Assembly: GCA_965248925.1 (NCBI GenBank)
Contig: CBDFLE010000005.1
Coordinates: forward strand, 1,024,001-1,088,000
Direction: 5' to 3'
DNA: 64,000 nt
Origin: Candidatus Multivoradales bacterium
GTDB lineage: Bacteria; Acidobacteriota; Thermoanaerobaculia; Multivoradales; J023
The notes under the pieces are model-generated. The model did not search any database. It saw only the letters and a list, made by a program, of their open reading frames with translations, and had not been told where the DNA came from. This document shows positions 28,219-38,148 of the stretch, piece by piece. Each line of letters begins with the position of its first letter. The first letter of the stretch is position 1. A program made the position numbers and the translations under genes.

Positions 28219-29382
28219 ATGAGAATTAGAAAACCTAGTCGCGTCGTTCTCTTGATCTTGCTCTTCGCTGCGCTAACCGTCGGCACTAGCTTGGCGCAAC
28301 CGCCGGGTATTACCACCCCACCAGCCGGCGACAATCAGCGCTCCGTAACCACCCAATACATGGGCTTTGTAGCTGTGACCGTGGACTACAACAGCCCCGA
28401 TGTTCACGCCCCGAACGGAGGCGATCGCAGCGGAAAAATTTGGGGCACGTTGGTGCCCTGGGGGATGAAAAACCTTGGCTTCGGCACCGCCACCGAGAGT
28501 CCCTGGCGGGTTGGCGCTAACCAGAACACCACCATCACTTTTTCCCACGACGTCGAAATCGAAGGACAGGCCCTTGCCGCCGGCACCTATGGATTGCATA
28601 TGGCACCCGGCGAAGAGGAATGGCAAATCATCTTCTCCAACAACTCAACCTCCTGGGGAAGCTTCTTCTACGACCCCACCGAGGACGCCTTGCGAGTGAC
28701 GGTGAAGTCCGAGCCGGCGCCTTATCGCGAGTGGATGAGTTTTGAATTCCTAGATCGCCAGCTGGACACCACCTTGGTGGCCTTGGAGTGGGAGAATCTC
28801 CGCGTTCCCTTCCGCGTCTCGCTGCCCGACATGGTCGGTCTTTACATTGCCAAGATCGAAGACGAGCTGCGCAACGCACCGGGGTTCTCGTGGCAGAGCT
28901 GGCAAGGTGCGGCGCAATACCTCTTGCAGCGAGACACCGAGGGTAAGCACCTGGACAAGGCATTAGCTTGGGCCGAGTTCGCCCTCAGTTCTCCCTTCCC
29001 CGGCCAGGAAAACTTGCAAACTCTGCAAACGAAAGCACGGGTTCTCGACCGCATGGGCAATAGCGAGGAGGCTCTGGCCACCCTCACGAAGGGTCTCGAT
29101 CACCCCACCGCGACGGTATTTCAAGTCCACCAGATAGGCCGTGGACTGCTGGCCCAGGGACGCAGCGATGTGGCGATGATGGTTTTCCAGCACAATGCCC
29201 AGCGCTTCCCCGACACCTGGCCGATCAACGTCGGCCTGGCCCGTGGTTACAAAGGTGTGGGCGACAACGCCAAGGCCCTCGAACACGCCAAGAAGGCACT
29301 CCAGAACGCTCCCGATGATCTCAACCGCCAGGCGCTTGCCGGCATGGTCGAGCAGCTCGAGGCAGCGGTCAGCGGCAAATAG
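28219..29382 (+). CDS. DUF2911-like secreted protein with TPRs
   Basis: Signal peptide, IWGTLVPWG, PWRVGAN.NT, L.AG.Y and a helical C-terminus. Confidence 0.85.
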   Translation: MRIRKPSRVVLLILLFAALTVGTSLAQPPGITTPPAGDNQRSVTTQYMGFVAVTVDYNSPDVHAPNGGDRSGKIWGTLVPWGMKNLGFGTATESPWRVGANQNTTITFSHDVEIEGQALAAGTYGLHMAPGEEEWQIIFSNNSTSWGSFFYDPTEDALRVTVKSEPAPYREWMSFEFLDRQLDTTLVALEWENLRVPFRVSLPDMVGLYIAKIEDELRNAPGFSWQSWQGAAQYLLQRDTEGKHLDKALAWAEFALSSPFPGQENLQTLQTKARVLDRMGNSEEALATLTKGLDHPTATVFQVHQIGRGLLAQGRSDVAMMVFQHNAQRFPDTWPINVGLARGYKGVGDNAKALEHAKKALQNAPDDLNRQALAGMVEQLEAAVSGK

Positions 29383-29418
29383 GCGATGGGACTCGGCCGG
29401 TGGGTTACACTCACGGCC

Positions 29419-30378
29419 ATGATCGCCCTCCACCTGGGGCCGCGAGGCCCGCGGCTGCTGGCCAACTACCCCACACCCGAGCCGGCGGCTGGCGAAGCCC
29501 TGATTCGCATCACCAAGGCCGGCATCTGTGCTACCGATCTACAGCTGATCGCCGGCTACGCTGGCTTCCGAGGCATCCTAGGTCACGAGTTCGTCGGCCG
29601 GGTCGAAGGCGGTGACGACCCGGCCTGGATTGGCCGTCGTGTGGTCGGTTCGATCAACCTTGGCTGCGGCCAGTGTGCCAGCTGCGGCGCGGGCTGCGCC
29701 GAGCATTGTCCGCGGCGCCGAGTGCTGGGGATCCGCCAACACGACGGGGTATTTGCCCACTACGCCACCCTGCCCCTAGCCAATCTACTAACGGTTGCCG
29801 ACACCCTGAGCGACTCAGAAGCCGTCTTCACCGAGCCCCTAGCGGCAGCGCTGCGCATTGGCGAGCAACTAACCCTGCCGCCGTCGGCGCGAGTGGCCGT
29901 ACTCGGACCTGGCAAACTGGGGCTATTGGTCGCCCAAGTGCTCGCCCTGACCGGTGGTAAGCCCAGATTGCTGGGCCGCAGGCCAGAATCGCTGACTCTT
30001 GCCAGCAGCCTCGGCCTAGAGGTTAGCTTGGCCACGGAAGCAGAAGATCATGCCTGGGATCTGGTGGTCGAGGCCACTGGCAACGCCGCCGGTTGGGACA
30101 CCGCCCTACGTTTGCTGCGACCCGGTGGCACTTTAGTATTGAAGAGCACCTTCGCCGCACCTGCGAGCTATGACCTCAGCCGCTTGGTGATCCACGAGAT
30201 CCGCGTCATCGGCTCACGCTGCGGCCCGTTCGCGCCGGCTCTTCGTCTGCTCGAACAAGGCGCCGTACAGGTGCGTCCCCTGATCGACGGCGACTACCCA
30301 CTGGCTCAGGGCCTCGAAGCGCTGCACCACGCTGCTCGGCAAGGTACGCGCAAGATCCTGCTCAGTCCAGCGGGGTAG
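29419..30378 (+). CDS. Zinc-dependent MDR alcohol dehydrogenase
   Basis: GICATD, GHEFVG, CGQCASC...C, GPGKLG. Confidence 0.92.
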   Translation: MIALHLGPRGPRLLANYPTPEPAAGEALIRITKAGICATDLQLIAGYAGFRGILGHEFVGRVEGGDDPAWIGRRVVGSINLGCGQCASCGAGCAEHCPRRRVLGIRQHDGVFAHYATLPLANLLTVADTLSDSEAVFTEPLAAALRIGEQLTLPPSARVAVLGPGKLGLLVAQVLALTGGKPRLLGRRPESLTLASSLGLEVSLATEAEDHAWDLVVEATGNAAGWDTALRLLRPGGTLVLKSTFAAPASYDLSRLVIHEIRVIGSRCGPFAPALRLLEQGAVQVRPLIDGDYPLAQGLEALHHAARQGTRKILLSPAG

Positions 30379-30395
30379 TGAAATAGACTTGTTCG

Positions 30396-31130
30396 ATGGA
30401 GATCAATGCACCAACCGCTCGATTCCTTACCGCCCGCTGGGTCCATCTGGCGCTGCTCAACTACGAGGTTGCGCCCGAAATTCTGGCACCGCTGGTGCCG
30501 GCGGGCACCGAACTCGACAGTTTCGCCGGCAAGACCTTCCTCAGCATGGTGGGTTTTCAGTTTCTCGACACCCGCGTCCTCGGCCTACCGATCCCCTTCC
30601 ACCGCCACTTCGAAGAGGTCAACCTGCGCTTCTATGTCCGCCGTGAGACCACAGAAGGTCCTCGCCGCGGGGTGGTCTTCGTCAAAGAGCTAGTGCCCAA
30701 GCGGGCCATCGCTTGGACCGCTCGCTGGCTCTATAACGAGAACTACGTCCCCCTGCCGATGAGCCACCAAGACAGCCTGGACGAAGGAACTGGCGGCTGG
30801 ATTCGCTACTGCTGGAACCACCGCGGCCAGGACGAGGAGTTGGCGGCCCGCATCACCGGCCAGCCCTACCTGCCCGATCTCGACAGCGAAGAGAGCTTCA
30901 TCGCCGAGCACTATTGGGGCTACTCCCGGCAACGCTCCGGGGCGACCGTCGAATATCAGGTACAGCATCCACCCTGGCGGCTGTGGAATGCGCGCGAGTC
31001 CTCTTTCAGCTGCGACAGCGGCAGGCTCTACGGCAGTCGATTCGCAGATTTAGCCGGGAAAAAACCGAGTTCGGCATTCGTCGCCGAGGGCTCGGAGATC
31101 GTCGTCCACCGCGGACGCCGCCTCCGGTGA
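30396..31130 (+). CDS. YqjF/DUF2071-family protein
   Basis: FLTARW..L...NY, FEEVNLRFYVR, EHYWGY, EYQVQHPPW. Confidence 0.88.
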   Translation: MEINAPTARFLTARWVHLALLNYEVAPEILAPLVPAGTELDSFAGKTFLSMVGFQFLDTRVLGLPIPFHRHFEEVNLRFYVRRETTEGPRRGVVFVKELVPKRAIAWTARWLYNENYVPLPMSHQDSLDEGTGGWIRYCWNHRGQDEELAARITGQPYLPDLDSEESFIAEHYWGYSRQRSGATVEYQVQHPPWRLWNARESSFSCDSGRLYGSRFADLAGKKPSSAFVAEGSEIVVHRGRRLR

Positions 31131-31140
31131 CATTGCGCTC

Positions 31141-31226
31141 GGCGAGAGGTGCCGGCGAGAGGTGGCGAGAGGTGCCGGCGAGAGGTGCCAGGCACATTTT
31201 GAGCGGGCACATTTTGAGCGGGCACA
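31141..31226. repeat. Compound intergenic tandem repeat around a GGTGCCAGGCAC palindrome
   Basis: 4 x GGCGAGAGGT(GCC) at 31141-31189, then about 2.4 x GGCACATTTTGAGCG at 31191-31226, between convergent genes. Confidence 0.9.
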
Positions 31227-31245
31227 CCATCAATTCCCCCCGCCT

Positions 31246-32688
31246 CTACTCGTACTGAATAAATCCCGGATTAAGAATCCCATCAGGGTCGAATTTCTTC
31301 TTCGCCGCGCAGATGACCGGCCATTTGTCGCCGAAGTGGGCGGCCCATCTTTCGGCCGTGTCGAAGGTTATGTAACCCGAGAGATAGCGCTTGCCACCGT
31401 AGCCGATCGATAACTCACTGACCATGTCGAGATTGCTCAGGGCCTGCTCTAGGAACTTCTCCGGCACCGCCGGCAGGATGCCCCAGCCCATCACATGGTC
31501 GCCCCCAGGGTGCATGAAGAGGGGTACGTCGGAGGTGTCGCCACGGGATGGCCACAGCAGGATGTGTCCGGCCGGTCCCAGAGCTTGGGGCGGCAGGTTG
31601 TCGAGGGCAAATTCGATGAATCCCTGTGCCTTGTCCCACGGCAGCACGGTCTCCATCCATGGGTGGGCCATCTCCCAGTTGCCCGACATATGCCAGATCT
31701 CGAATACCGGGTCGAGGCGGCAGCAGAACTCGAGCTGGGTATATTCGTCGGTACGCAGGTGGCGGTGAAAACTCAGCCCTTTGAGCAACTCGGCGTCGTT
31801 GGGCTCTTCGCCTTCGTCGTACTCGACGGTGAGGAACATCGGATAGGTCCAGTAGGCGTAGAGCTGACAACCCTCGCGCAGCTTCATTCCCTCGCCGATC
31901 CGCTTCATGAAGATCGGACACGGCGCGCAACGCGATTCCAAGGTGTGGAAACGCCGATCATCCGGGTTCATCACCGTCTCGGCGTCTTTCATGAAGTCGC
32001 CTAGCTCGTCGTAGAGCAGGTGGTACATCCGCACCTTGGGCTTGCATTCGCGCAGCCGGGTCTTGACCCGCGTAATGATGCCGAACTGGCCCAGACTGCA
32101 ACGCACCGCATCAAAGACCTCGGTGTTTTCTTGCCGCGAGCAAGTCACCACTTCACCGGTTCCCAGCACCACCTCGAGTTCGACCGCGTTGTCGGCCTGG
32201 GTGCCGTAGCGATAGCTCGCCACACCGAGGCCGGCTACCGAAGTGGTGCCAGCCAGGGTGACGTTGAGATTGTTGGTCAACACCCGCGGCACTAAGCCTT
32301 GCGGCACGGTCGCCTCGACCAGGTCGCGCCACGGCGTACCGCCGCCGCAATCGGCAGTCAAGGTGTCGTGATCGATTGAGTAGATCTTGCTCATGCCACC
32401 GCACATGTCGATCACCACGCCCCCTTCGGTGGTCGATTGACCGCTTTGGGTATGGCCCAAACCTCGGCTCGCCACCGGTACCCGATGTTGGCGGCAATGG
32501 CGCACCACCAACGCCACCTCCGCGGTCGAAGTACAGCGGGCGATGGCGCCGGGTGTGCGATGTTTCAGCTTGCCAAAATCGGTACAAAACTCACCTCGGA
32601 CATCTTCGTCGAGGTGCAGCTTGTCGCCCAATTGCTGCTTCAACGCTTGGATGGCGGCAGTCAGATCGGCGGCGGCGGTGGGGGGCAT
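31246..32688 (-). CDS. FAD-binding oxidoreductase, cytokinin dehydrogenase-like (VAO family)
   Basis: RGLGHTQSGQS, LGQFGIIT, HPWM, KKKFDPDGILNPG. AAGGAG RBS. Confidence 0.85.
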   Translation of the reverse strand: MPPTAAADLTAAIQALKQQLGDKLHLDEDVRGEFCTDFGKLKHRTPGAIARCTSTAEVALVVRHCRQHRVPVASRGLGHTQSGQSTTEGGVVIDMCGGMSKIYSIDHDTLTADCGGGTPWRDLVEATVPQGLVPRVLTNNLNVTLAGTTSVAGLGVASYRYGTQADNAVELEVVLGTGEVVTCSRQENTEVFDAVRCSLGQFGIITRVKTRLRECKPKVRMYHLLYDELGDFMKDAETVMNPDDRRFHTLESRCAPCPIFMKRIGEGMKLREGCQLYAYWTYPMFLTVEYDEGEEPNDAELLKGLSFHRHLRTDEYTQLEFCCRLDPVFEIWHMSGNWEMAHPWMETVLPWDKAQGFIEFALDNLPPQALGPAGHILLWPSRGDTSDVPLFMHPGGDHVMGWGILPAVPEKFLEQALSNLDMVSELSIGYGGKRYLSGYITFDTAERWAAHFGDKWPVICAAKKKFDPDGILNPGFIQYE

Positions 32689-32819
32689 GAACTCTCCTTC
32701 TCTGGGCACCTCGGAATTCGGTGATGCCATCTTGGTCCTGCAACTCAGCCCGTGGCTCGGGCCGGTCCTGTATTTGTGGTTCAACGACGCGAGGCGCCGT
32801 CGATGATCTTCTTCTAACT

Positions 32820-33275
32820 TCAGTTCTCGGTCACCGGGACCAGCGGTTGATCAGCTACGCCGAGCCCCGCCGCCAACCACCCCTCGATACCGTCCGCGAG
32901 CAGAAAGACATTCTCGAAACCGGCGTCGAGAAAAAGTTGCACCCCTTTGGCACCACAGTCGTCCGCGGCACGACAGTAGACCAGAACGCCGCTGGAACTC
33001 GGGATTCGCAGCCCAGCGAGTCGCCGCTCCAGCTCCGCCAGGGGAAAGTTGACAGCACCGCGGAGGTGTCCCCGTGGACTGATGTACTCCAGCTCGGTAC
33101 GTAGATCGAAGATCAGCAAACCGGCCGCATCGCGCAACAAATGAAAAGCAACCGGTGCGCTGAGCAGCCGCGCCCCAGCGATGGTCTGCGGCTGCTTAAG
33201 GCCACCACCACAAGCGAGGCACATCACCCCCAGAGCCACGATCCAACTGGCCGTCCACGACCCCTTTCGCCCCAT
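32820..33275 (-). CDS. Rhodanese-like domain lipoprotein
   Basis: Lipobox-like CLAC, DLRT..EY...GHLRGA, VYC, GIEGW. Confidence 0.85.
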   Translation of the reverse strand: MGRKGSWTASWIVALGVMCLACGGGLKQPQTIAGARLLSAPVAFHLLRDAAGLLIFDLRTELEYISPRGHLRGAVNFPLAELERRLAGLRIPSSSGVLVYCRAADDCGAKGVQLFLDAGFENVFLLADGIEGWLAAGLGVADQPLVPVTEN

Positions 33276-33294
33276 GCTGCCCTAACCCCTCTGC

Positions 33295-33633
33295 TCAGCT
33301 CTGCGCCGCCAGCGCTTCCTCGACCGTTGCATATATCGCGAACAGGCTGTCGAGCTGGGCAACCGCCAGTAGTTTGCGGATGCGCTCGGATGGTTGCACC
33401 AAGATTAAGTTGCGATCACGGTTCTGGAAGCGGCCCAGGTAGGCCACCAATTCGCCGATACCCGTCGAGTCGATGTAGTTGATCTTCTCCAGATCGAGCA
33501 GGACGTTGCCCTGATCCTGCTCTAGTACCCGCTCCAGAGTCTGGACTAGAAACTGGGCACTTTCGCCAAGCTTGATGATGCCCTCGACCTTGAGGACTAC
33601 GGAGCCATCGACTTTCTGTTTCTCGACAAACAC
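33295..33633 (-). CDS. STAS-domain anti-sigma factor antagonist
   Basis: LLDLEKINYIDSTGIGELV. Confidence 0.9.
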   Translation of the reverse strand: MFVEKQKVDGSVVLKVEGIIKLGESAQFLVQTLERVLEQDQGNVLLDLEKINYIDSTGIGELVAYLGRFQNRDRNLILVQPSERIRKLLAVAQLDSLFAIYATVEEALAAQS

Positions 33634-33903
33634 TTCTGCCTCGGTGGATTCAGGTCGCTCGGAACGGTTCAACAAACGCCAGCGGGGCTCATCCCAAAAC
33701 CTTGGAAACAGTGCCCTGGCGGGCGCTCAACTGGCGGCAATCCGAGACTGAGAGTAGCATACAATGCCTCCTTCGCCGCACCTCGGCATGCTCCTGGTCA
33801 CTCCCGGACTGCCCGGCTAGCGGTCGCTTGAGCGAATCAGTACCGTCGACTCAATCCCCTCTGTTGACGATGCAAATCACTCCGAAATCGTGAGGTTCTG
33901 GCC

Positions 33904-34422
33904 ATGAAGCAGTCCGTCGTCCTGACATTGATCGGTAAAGACCGGCCCGGATTGGTCGAGACTTTGGCGGCGGTGGTCGACCAGCATGGTGGCAACTGGG
34001 AAGAGAGCCGCATGGCGCAACTGGCGGGTACTTTTGCCGGCCTACTGCGGGTGCGCATCGTGGCCGAGCGGGCGCTCGGCTTGGAGCGGGATCTGGGACG
34101 TCTGCCGGGCATTGCAACAGCGGTGATCCGCCCTCACGTAGCACCGCCAGTTAGTGCTGGCAGCGCCTTCCTGCGCCTTGAGGTAGTCGGCCAGGACCAT
34201 CCAGGAATCGTCCGCGCCTTGACTGAGGCTATCGCCGCCCACCGGATCAATGTCGAGGAACTCGAAACTGAGGTGCTCAGCGCGCCGATGAGCGGCGAGC
34301 GCATATTCCAGGCCCGGGCTCGTTTGCAGGCACCGACCAACGCCGACCTGGAAATCGTGCAGCGCGACCTCGAAGGCCTGGCGGCCGATCTGATGGTCGA
34401 CATCCGGCTCGAAGAGCCCTGA
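33904..34422 (+). CDS. GcvR-like tandem ACT domain protein
   Basis: GKDRPGLV, GNWEESRM, GQDHPGIV. Confidence 0.9.
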   Translation: MKQSVVLTLIGKDRPGLVETLAAVVDQHGGNWEESRMAQLAGTFAGLLRVRIVAERALGLERDLGRLPGIATAVIRPHVAPPVSAGSAFLRLEVVGQDHPGIVRALTEAIAAHRINVEELETEVLSAPMSGERIFQARARLQAPTNADLEIVQRDLEGLAADLMVDIRLEEP

Positions 34423-34480
34423 GCCCGAAACTCCACTCCGCGGAACGCGCTGTGGGCAATTGCCGGTCGCTCCAGCCGAC

Positions 34481-35602
34481 TCAGCTGGTAGAAACCGGAA
34501 GACCACGCAACTGGCGGAAAGTCACCAACTTGTGGCTGTCCTCATCCCAGAGCTTCAGCCGAGCAGTCTTGAAGCTCTGCCAGAGAGTCAGCCGGGTGAC
34601 TTGACCCACCTCGGGAACCTCGCGCATACAGTGCGCCAGATTGTAATTGGGGATGGAACTCGACAGATGATGGATGTGATGATAGCCAATGTTGCCGGTC
34701 AGCCAGTGCAACCAGGCCGGTAGATCGTAGAACGAGCTGCCCTGCAAGCCGGCGGCATGGATGTCCCACTCTTCCTCGTACTCCCAGTAGGTATCGACGA
34801 ACTGGTGTTGGACGTAGAACAGCCAAATCCCCGCCAAACCGGCGATCAAAGTGATTGGAATCTGGACCATGAGGTAGGTGCCGATACCAATCGTCCGCCA
34901 GCACAGCAGCAGAACCGCTGCCAGCGCCAAGTTGTTGAACAGGATGCTGCGCCACTCACGCTTCCACGAAGCCGGAACATCGTAGGGCAAGCGATGCTTG
35001 AGCAGGAATTGGTAGCCCGGTCCGATCAGCAACAGGACGACCATGCTGCGGTACATCCGGTAGGCCATGCGGCCGAGCTTGGAGCGGCGGCGATACTCAC
35101 TCACGGTCAGCGTCACCACATCGCCAAACTCACGCACATCGAGATTGCCTGAGGAAGCATGGTGGATGGCATGGGTGCGTTTCCAATAGCTGAAGGGAGT
35201 GAAGGTAAGCACCCCGAGCAGCCCTCCGACCCGCTGGTTGAGCTTGCGCTTGCGGAAGAACGAGCCGTGGCCGCAATCGTGCTGGAAAATAAACAGCCGG
35301 ATCGACATGCCAGCGGCCGGAATGCCAAGCAACAGCGTCACCCAATAAGGGCTGGTCGACAAGCTGCGCAGCATCAGCCCCCAGAAGACAGCGAACAGCA
35401 ACGCGGTGGTGCTCAGCTGAAACCAAGCCTTGCGGTCATCGGCCTGCTTGTAAGGAGCCAGAATCCGGCCCCAGAACTTGGCCGATGATTCTGTAGGAGG
35501 CGATTCAACGGCGGTGGGTTTGCTCGGCGCCGGTTCGACGGCTGCGAGTTCTTTGGCTGTGGGTTCGGCGGCGGTGGGGACGGCTGAAGTCTGCATGCTC
35601 AT
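34481..35602 (-). CDS. Membrane fatty acid desaturase
   Basis: Histidine boxes HDCGH, HAIHH, HHIHH, plus FYVQHQF. Confidence 0.93.
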   Translation of the reverse strand: MSMQTSAVPTAAEPTAKELAAVEPAPSKPTAVESPPTESSAKFWGRILAPYKQADDRKAWFQLSTTALLFAVFWGLMLRSLSTSPYWVTLLLGIPAAGMSIRLFIFQHDCGHGSFFRKRKLNQRVGGLLGVLTFTPFSYWKRTHAIHHASSGNLDVREFGDVVTLTVSEYRRRSKLGRMAYRMYRSMVVLLLIGPGYQFLLKHRLPYDVPASWKREWRSILFNNLALAAVLLLCWRTIGIGTYLMVQIPITLIAGLAGIWLFYVQHQFVDTYWEYEEEWDIHAAGLQGSSFYDLPAWLHWLTGNIGYHHIHHLSSSIPNYNLAHCMREVPEVGQVTRLTLWQSFKTARLKLWDEDSHKLVTFRQLRGLPVSTS

Positions 35603-35663
35603 AGCGTATCCCGCCAGGCGGGTGGCTGATCGCCGCTTGAGTAATATTCGTGACACCGTACTG

Positions 35664-36455
35664 TCATTGCTTGTTGATCCCCTTGTCGTAGGCGAAGTAC
35701 TTGACCCGGAAATCCCGTGGCACTTGCCCATCAGAGTCGCGGTACCGATTGACATAGTCGACTATCCGCGGAGCGGCATTGCCTTGGCGGCGCTCAAAGT
35801 CGAGGAAGTCGCCAGGGAAAAAGTCAAAAATCTCCGACAAATAGACGGTGCGCTCGTCGCGGTCGAGCTTGAAGTGCTGCGCAGCGCTGACAAACTCGCG
35901 CATGGCGGCATCGAGCTGGGCATCCAAATCAGTCGCGACGAAAGCCTGCTGAGGCAGTCGCGGACAGGAGATCGAGGCGCAATTCAGCGCCGCATGGACG
36001 CGCGGGTCAGTGAAGCCCTCGCGAATCAGCCGGTCTTCCAACCGCTTCAGACTCATGGTCTCGCCACCGATGGTGACGCGCATGCGGACAAAAAAGGCGA
36101 AGCCCGAAATCCATCCTCGCCAGACACTCTTCTCCTCTGGCCCGCGTGCCAGCACCCCTTTGAAGACCTGGGCGTTGTAGGCATTGAGGTAGTAGGCCAG
36201 GGCCTCCTCGCGTCGGCGAAAGAATTCGGGCCGGGATGCCGGAGAGACCTTCTCGATCGCCGCCACATAGCGGTCGAAGACAACTCGATCCGCCGCCAAG
36301 CCGCGGTAATCGACTCGCCCCTGCGGGTCGACAAAACGCTCCAGCACGGTGGTCCAGTCGGCATGCGAAAAAACCTCGGCAGCAGCTGGCGCGGCGCTAT
36401 CCAAGAGCATCAGGGCGGCCATCATCAATGGTGTGATCCAGCGCAATTCGTGCAC
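35664..36455 (-). CDS. DUF547-domain secreted protein
   Basis: GRVDY, LAYYLNAYNA, DPRVHAALNCASISCPRL. Confidence 0.9.
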   Translation of the reverse strand: MHELRWITPLMMAALMLLDSAAPAAAEVFSHADWTTVLERFVDPQGRVDYRGLAADRVVFDRYVAAIEKVSPASRPEFFRRREEALAYYLNAYNAQVFKGVLARGPEEKSVWRGWISGFAFFVRMRVTIGGETMSLKRLEDRLIREGFTDPRVHAALNCASISCPRLPQQAFVATDLDAQLDAAMREFVSAAQHFKLDRDERTVYLSEIFDFFPGDFLDFERRQGNAAPRIVDYVNRYRDSDGQVPRDFRVKYFAYDKGINKQ

Positions 36456-36618
36456 CTCTCTCCTCTTTATCTTCCTGAGACCAAGCCAAGGCGATGGACT
36501 AGACTGCTTGGATTCACCGGTGGGTACGCCCTCAACCCTCCATTTGGATGGCCAGCAGGGCTCGGGAACGTAATCTATGGCAGGATGAAGCCGTCATAGA
36601 ATCCTGGAGACAATCCAC

Positions 36619-38037
36619 ATGAAGTTATCGCCCCCTATCCGGATGCTGGCGATTTTGTTAGTCGCCGCCAGCGCGACCGCGGGTGAATCGCCCAGCCAGC
36701 CACCAATGCAAGCCGCTTCAGCGGCTGAGGAGTCAGCGGCCGCCGCCAGCTGGCCATCGTTCCGTGGCCCCTCCGCCTCGGGAGTATCCGATGGGCAGAA
36801 TTTGCCCGACGAGTGGTCGGCCGCAGACGGCCACAACATTCTCTGGCGCACTGCCATCACCGGCCTCGGTCACTCCAGCCCGATCGTCTGGGGCAACCGC
36901 ATATTCCTCACCACCGCCAGCAGTGAGGGCGCCGAGCCCGATTTCAAGCCAGGACTCTACGGCGACGGTAACTCCACCGACGATCACCAGAAACAGCACC
37001 GCTGGGAACTGCTGGCCATCGACCGCCTTAGTGGCGCCATCGAATGGCGCCGCACCACGCACCATGGCAAGCCGCGCACCGCCCGCCATCCCAAAGCCAG
37101 CCACGCCACTCCCACGGCGGCCACCAACGGTCGTCTGGTGGTCGCTTATTTCGGCTCCGAGGGCGTTCATGCCTACACCGTCGAAGGGCGCCAACTATGG
37201 AGCCGCGACCTGGGGGTGATCGACGCCGGTGCCTACAACGCCGCGGTCTATCAATGGGGAGTGGCCAGCTCGCCGATCCTCTGGCACGATCTGGTCATTC
37301 TGCAATGCGATGGCCAGGGCGAAGACTTCTTGATTGCCCTCGACCAGGCCACCGGCCTCACCCGCTGGCGCGCGGCGCGCGACGAGTGGCCATCGTGGAG
37401 CACTCCGACGGTAATTGACAACGGCACTTCAGTCGAGGTGGTAACCAACGCGCCCAAGTTCATTCGCGGCTACGATCCTGCGAGCGGTGACGAGCTGTGG
37501 CGTCTGGGGCCGAGTTCAGATATCACCACGCCGACGCCGATCTTCGCCGATGGCCTGATCGTCGTGACCAGCGGCCGGCGACCGGTCAAGCCGCTGCATG
37601 TGCTGCGCCCCGGCGGTCGCGGCGACCTGACCGCAGGCGAAGGCGAAGCGCTGGGCAGCCACCAGCAAGTGGCGTGGAGCCAGCTGCGAGTGGGCTCCTA
37701 CATCCCTACTCCACTGGCCTATCGCGGCTTGCTCTACATACTGAACAACGACGGCACCCTAGCGGTCTTTCGCCTGGCCACCGGCGAGGAGTTCTACCGC
37801 CAGCGCATTCCGCACGGCGGCGGCGGCTTCAGCGGCTCCCCGGTAGCCGCCGATGGCAAGCTCTACCTGGCCAGCGAAGACGGCGACATCTTCGTCGTGC
37901 GCGCCGGTGAGAGCTTCGAACTGATCGCCCAGAACTCCCTCGACGAAGTCATCATGACCACCCCGGCCCTAGCCGCCGGCGCCATGTACGTCCGCGGCCG
38001 GCGCCACCTCTTCGCCATCGGCTCGGCTAGCGATTGA
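36619..38037 (+). CDS. PQQ-like beta-propeller protein, secreted
   Basis: Signal peptide, WPSFRGP, GLGHSSPIVWG, WSTP, C-terminal YVRGRRHLFAIG. Confidence 0.88.
   Translation: MKLSPPIRMLAILLVAASATAGESPSQPPMQAASAAEESAAAASWPSFRGPSASGVSDGQNLPDEWSAADGHNILWRTAITGLGHSSPIVWGNRIFLTTASSEGAEPDFKPGLYGDGNSTDDHQKQHRWELLAIDRLSGAIEWRRTTHHGKPRTARHPKASHATPTAATNGRLVVAYFGSEGVHAYTVEGRQLWSRDLGVIDAGAYNAAVYQWGVASSPILWHDLVILQCDGQGEDFLIALDQATGLTRWRAARDEWPSWSTPTVIDNGTSVEVVTNAPKFIRGYDPASGDELWRLGPSSDITTPTPIFADGLIVVTSGRRPVKPLHVLRPGGRGDLTAGEGEALGSHQQVAWSQLRVGSYIPTPLAYRGLLYILNNDGTLAVFRLATGEEFYRQRIPHGGGGFSGSPVAADGKLYLASEDGDIFVVRAGESFELIAQNSLDEVIMTTPALAAGAMYVRGRRHLFAIGSASD
37934..38018 (+). repeat. Left copy of 85-bp diverged direct repeat (3' end of the propeller gene)
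   Basis: Aligns without gaps to 55546-55630 with 11 mismatches by hand count. The first 21 bp are identical. Confidence 0.92.
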
Positions 38038-38148
38038 GAGCCCGGTGAGCCGCCGGCGCCCGCCAAGACAATCGAGCCACCCAGAGGACGAGGAACGGCC
38101 GGAACCACGACTTTCTTCGGTGATCCCGGCCGGAGCAGAGATCGAGGG

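Noticed and set aside
35478-36599. 373-aa plus-strand ORF (and similar long ORFs such as 874-2064, 3564-4583, 22369-23271)
   Set aside because: Alternative-frame or antisense shadows of well-supported genes, as expected in high-GC DNA.
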